Shown: in pieces, positions 62,561-64,000 of the stretch | Numbering within the stretch: position 1 is the stretch's first letter | Layout: every line of letters starts with the position of its first letter | DNA from: Raillietiella orientalis | Taxonomy: Eukaryota | Direction: 5' to 3' | NCBI GenBank assembly: GCA_036172245.1 | Contig: JAYWIR010000038.1 | Location: 124,001 to 188,000, forward strand | Length of the DNA stretch: 64,000 bases | The notes under the pieces: generated by a model | Told to the model about the DNA's origin: nothing | Databases searched by the model: none | Seen by the model: only the letters and a program-made list of their open reading frames with translations | Translations under genes and position numbers: made by a program

Positions 62561-64000
62561 AAGGCTGTCAGGCGAGAGCCGCTGTCCGAGGCGAATGGCG
62601 CTGGTCAGCGAGTTGCACGCGGGAGACCTGCTGACCAAGAAAAATTCGGTGGGGGCTGCTCTGCGCCTTCCTTGATGGACAGCGGCCCCGCGAGGGCAGA
62701 CTGGAGGGGAAGAGTGTAATTTGTTTCTTCCTGGATTGCCGTTCCGTTCTGGCTCTTCTGGGTCCCAGGCTGTTCCTCGGACTCTGCAGAGACTGATTTT
62801 CTCTTCGAGGTCTTCTTTCGTTTAAAGCGAGTGATTGGGAGCTTCCGGTTGTGGCTGTGGGACTCGGCTGCCACTCAGTGGTGTAGTGTTTTCGTGTTAT
62901 TTGTCTTCCTCCGGCTGCATCCCTTCGCTTGACTCTTTTCCACGCACTCACAAAGTTGATGGGCACCTCGCGTGACTTCTTCCAGATCATGCCGAAACCT
63001 ACCATTGGTGTTACGTTCCGTATTTCAGGTAGAAGTTTTCACGATTCTAATGACTTTCCTCGGCATCCGTGCTCTCCCTCCATAGACTTCTTCGGTCGCA
63101 CTTGCCTCCTGCCACTGTAGGTCTTTACTCTACTGGTCTTTCCTCACCCCGCGTAGCATGCCCTTGTTGCTTTACTTGCTTCTTGGTTTTGCATTACAAC
63201 GATGATGTTTCTATACTGACAGTTCCCATGCAAGCGTCGAGGTCACCTTTGGACCTGTTAGGGGCGTGCTTTTTGGGTAAGGTGAGGTATGGTCGAGACT
63301 ATCTCATGCCTTTTCATGGATTGGGATTCTTTTCTTTAGGGATGGAAGAGACTGTCTGCGAGTACTTGATCAATGCATAGAATGCCACGAACACAAGACT
63401 TTACCGGTAACATGTTCGAATTGTATTCCAGAAGATTTTTGTTCTATTTTACTGCTTCTTCTGCATTCATTGTGGGACATTCTCTGCAGCTGTGCATCCA
63501 AGTAGCTCCATGCTCTTTTTTGGAAATGCAGCAATCCTTCTCCGATAGCTTCGAAGTCATCAGAGAACACTGAAGATTGTATAGCTTCAGATGAGCCATC
63601 GGTACCAGAATTTTTTGTGACGAGCAACGTTGTAAGCTATCTTGTTGTCAGCTCTGGGTGCTTCCTCATCCACAGCTTGTATATGTAGGATCTATTCAGG
63701 AAAATTGTCTATTGTTTCAATACCACTACTCCATGCCAGATCGTTTCGTGTTCGCTCGTTCTCTCTACTTTCCTTTAAAATATTTTACTCCTTTTTTAAA
63801 TCTGAGAATCGCATTTCAAGTTGATTCTGTATCCTTTTGTCACTCTAACTTCAGTACATTTTGAAGACAAGTATACAAACATAAAAGAACTTCGACTACT
63901 TTTTTTCTACTTTTTTTTTTTTTTAAATCATTACATCCATCAACGCAATATTCTTTATATTCGTTACAAAGAAAGTTGTGTGAGGTCTAGTAAGGTAGGT

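Noticed and set aside
1..64000. Prokaryotic systems (CRISPR arrays, operons, defence islands, retrons)
   Set aside because: Spliceosomal introns, stem-loop histone genes and LINEs show animal DNA. No regularly spaced repeat-spacer array was seen, and the RTs are LINE-type.
62900..64000. Short ORFs at the window end as a host gene or ORF1
   Set aside because: No recognisable similarity or consistent exon structure can be supported.

Overview
Eukaryotic (animal, probably arthropod/protostome, judged from histone sequences) genomic DNA, not prokaryotic. AT-rich islands carry three spliced housekeeping genes with very short introns: Hikeshi (913-2917, +), an RBM5/RBM10-family splicing factor (17550-22706, +) and phosducin-like protein 1 (22794-24913, -), the last two convergent with stops 87 bp apart. 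A processed SERBP1/vig pseudogene with a poly(A) tail (~7800-8692) is preceded by U6 snRNA-like fragments. Most of 4-13 kb and 27-63 kb is a mostly GC-rich graveyard of decayed L1/Tx1-like non-LTR retrotransposons and recent local duplications. Within it lie two intact, stem-loop-type histone genes (a divergent H2A and an H2B) on the same strand, alternating with co-oriented LINE remnants. At least four LINE copies share a conserved terminal stem-loop motif and lack a poly(A) tail there. All calls are by eye and from remembered protein families; no searches were run. Element boundaries are approximate.
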